DNA of 62,183 bases, the filler included, from Choristocarpus tenellus KU-1152 (lineage: Eukaryota; Protista; Phaeophyceae): NCBI GenBank assembly GCA_964200185.2. It is 11 parts of 11 records of this genome, joined end to end, with 100 filler letters (N's around TTAATTAATTAA, not from the genome) between each part and the next. Parts side by side here need not be neighbours in the genome. Positions count along the whole stretch, not along the records: positions 56,768 to 62,183 come from CAXNAD020010848.1; 10 more parts are not named here. One strand, 5' to 3'. How positions within the stretch are numbered: position 1 is the stretch's first letter; each line of letters starts with the position of its first letter. Made by a program: the position numbers and the translations under genes. Shown piece by piece: positions 61,584-62,183 of this stretch. The notes below the pieces were generated by a model that was not told where the DNA came from, ran no database searches, and saw only the letters and a program-made list of their open reading frames with translations.

Positions 61584-61844
61584 GAGTGGAAGTATCTTAG
61601 AGGGTATGAGTTTTGCCTTGCTTGTCCATTTGGGGCTTGGCTTCCCATGGGGTTCTTTTATGATATTTTCCTACTCCAAAATGTTTATGAGTAGGTAAAA
61701 TGTATGCATTATGAAATGGTGTGTCCGGAACATGGATATTGACACTTCCTAACAAACACGATGGTCAGAATTTCATCAAAATCGAAATATTGGGTTTTGG
61801 CCCCCAAAATGGATTCGGCTCTACCCTCTAAGATACTTTAGCTC
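61584..61844. mobile_element. MITE family B
   Basis: GAGTGGAAGTATCTTAGAGGGTA...TACCCTCTAAGATACTTTAGCTC, flanked by ACT/ACT. Confidence 0.9.
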
Positions 61845-62183
61845 ACTGATCTCTGCTGTGAACGACCTAATTCCCCCTGCCTCAAAACGCAAGTCTGCTA
61901 TAATCACGCTGGCAGTCTACAGTCCATCATCCCTCTGTAATTTGTGGGTTTGATTAGATTGTAGCATCAACAGTCCTCCCATTTCGATCTTACTTCAACT
62001 GCCAGTCTGGGAGACATGTGAGAAAATGACAATTGGGTTCCACAGTCTACAAAATTAATTATGACAGAAACTTTCGCCCTCTCAGGCTCACAATTTCAAC
62101 ACAATTAGAGTCACTTGCATTTGTAAATAGCCCTCTTCCCCCACACCCCCCTTCTCCCCGTTTGTCTGCAAGACTTGAACACT

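Overview
Intron-rich eukaryotic nuclear DNA, probably a stramenopile alga such as a brown alga or relative. That assignment is an inference from TTAGGG repeats, algal-type sulfotransferases and an Hsp70 with an LRGG presequence motif. The window is not continuous: about 11 short contigs are joined by artificial N44-TTAATTAATTAA-N44 linkers, so most genes are truncated. Spliced genes rebuilt by hand are a complete SmB/B' and partial SDH4/SDHD, xylulokinase, RNF32-like IQ-RING protein, ARM-repeat protein, two sulfotransferases, an Hsp70 N-terminal exon, a CxxCxG zinc-finger repeat protein and a C-terminally anchored membrane protein. There is also a tandem tRNA-Gln(UUG) array. Two repeat systems stand out. 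(1) About 30 short interstitial TTAGGG/CCCTAA tracts. Some sit between duplicated target sequences, one as a head-to-head fusion between 71-bp direct repeats, which looks like scars of telomerase-assisted double-strand-break repair. One tract supplies a predicted 5' splice site. (2) About 20 copies or fragments of three MITE families sharing AAAGTATCT termini, nested in each other, with a decayed Sola2-like transposase remnant near 60.7-61.3 kb as a candidate relative of the mobilising enzyme. All calls come from reading the sequence by eye; no searches were run.
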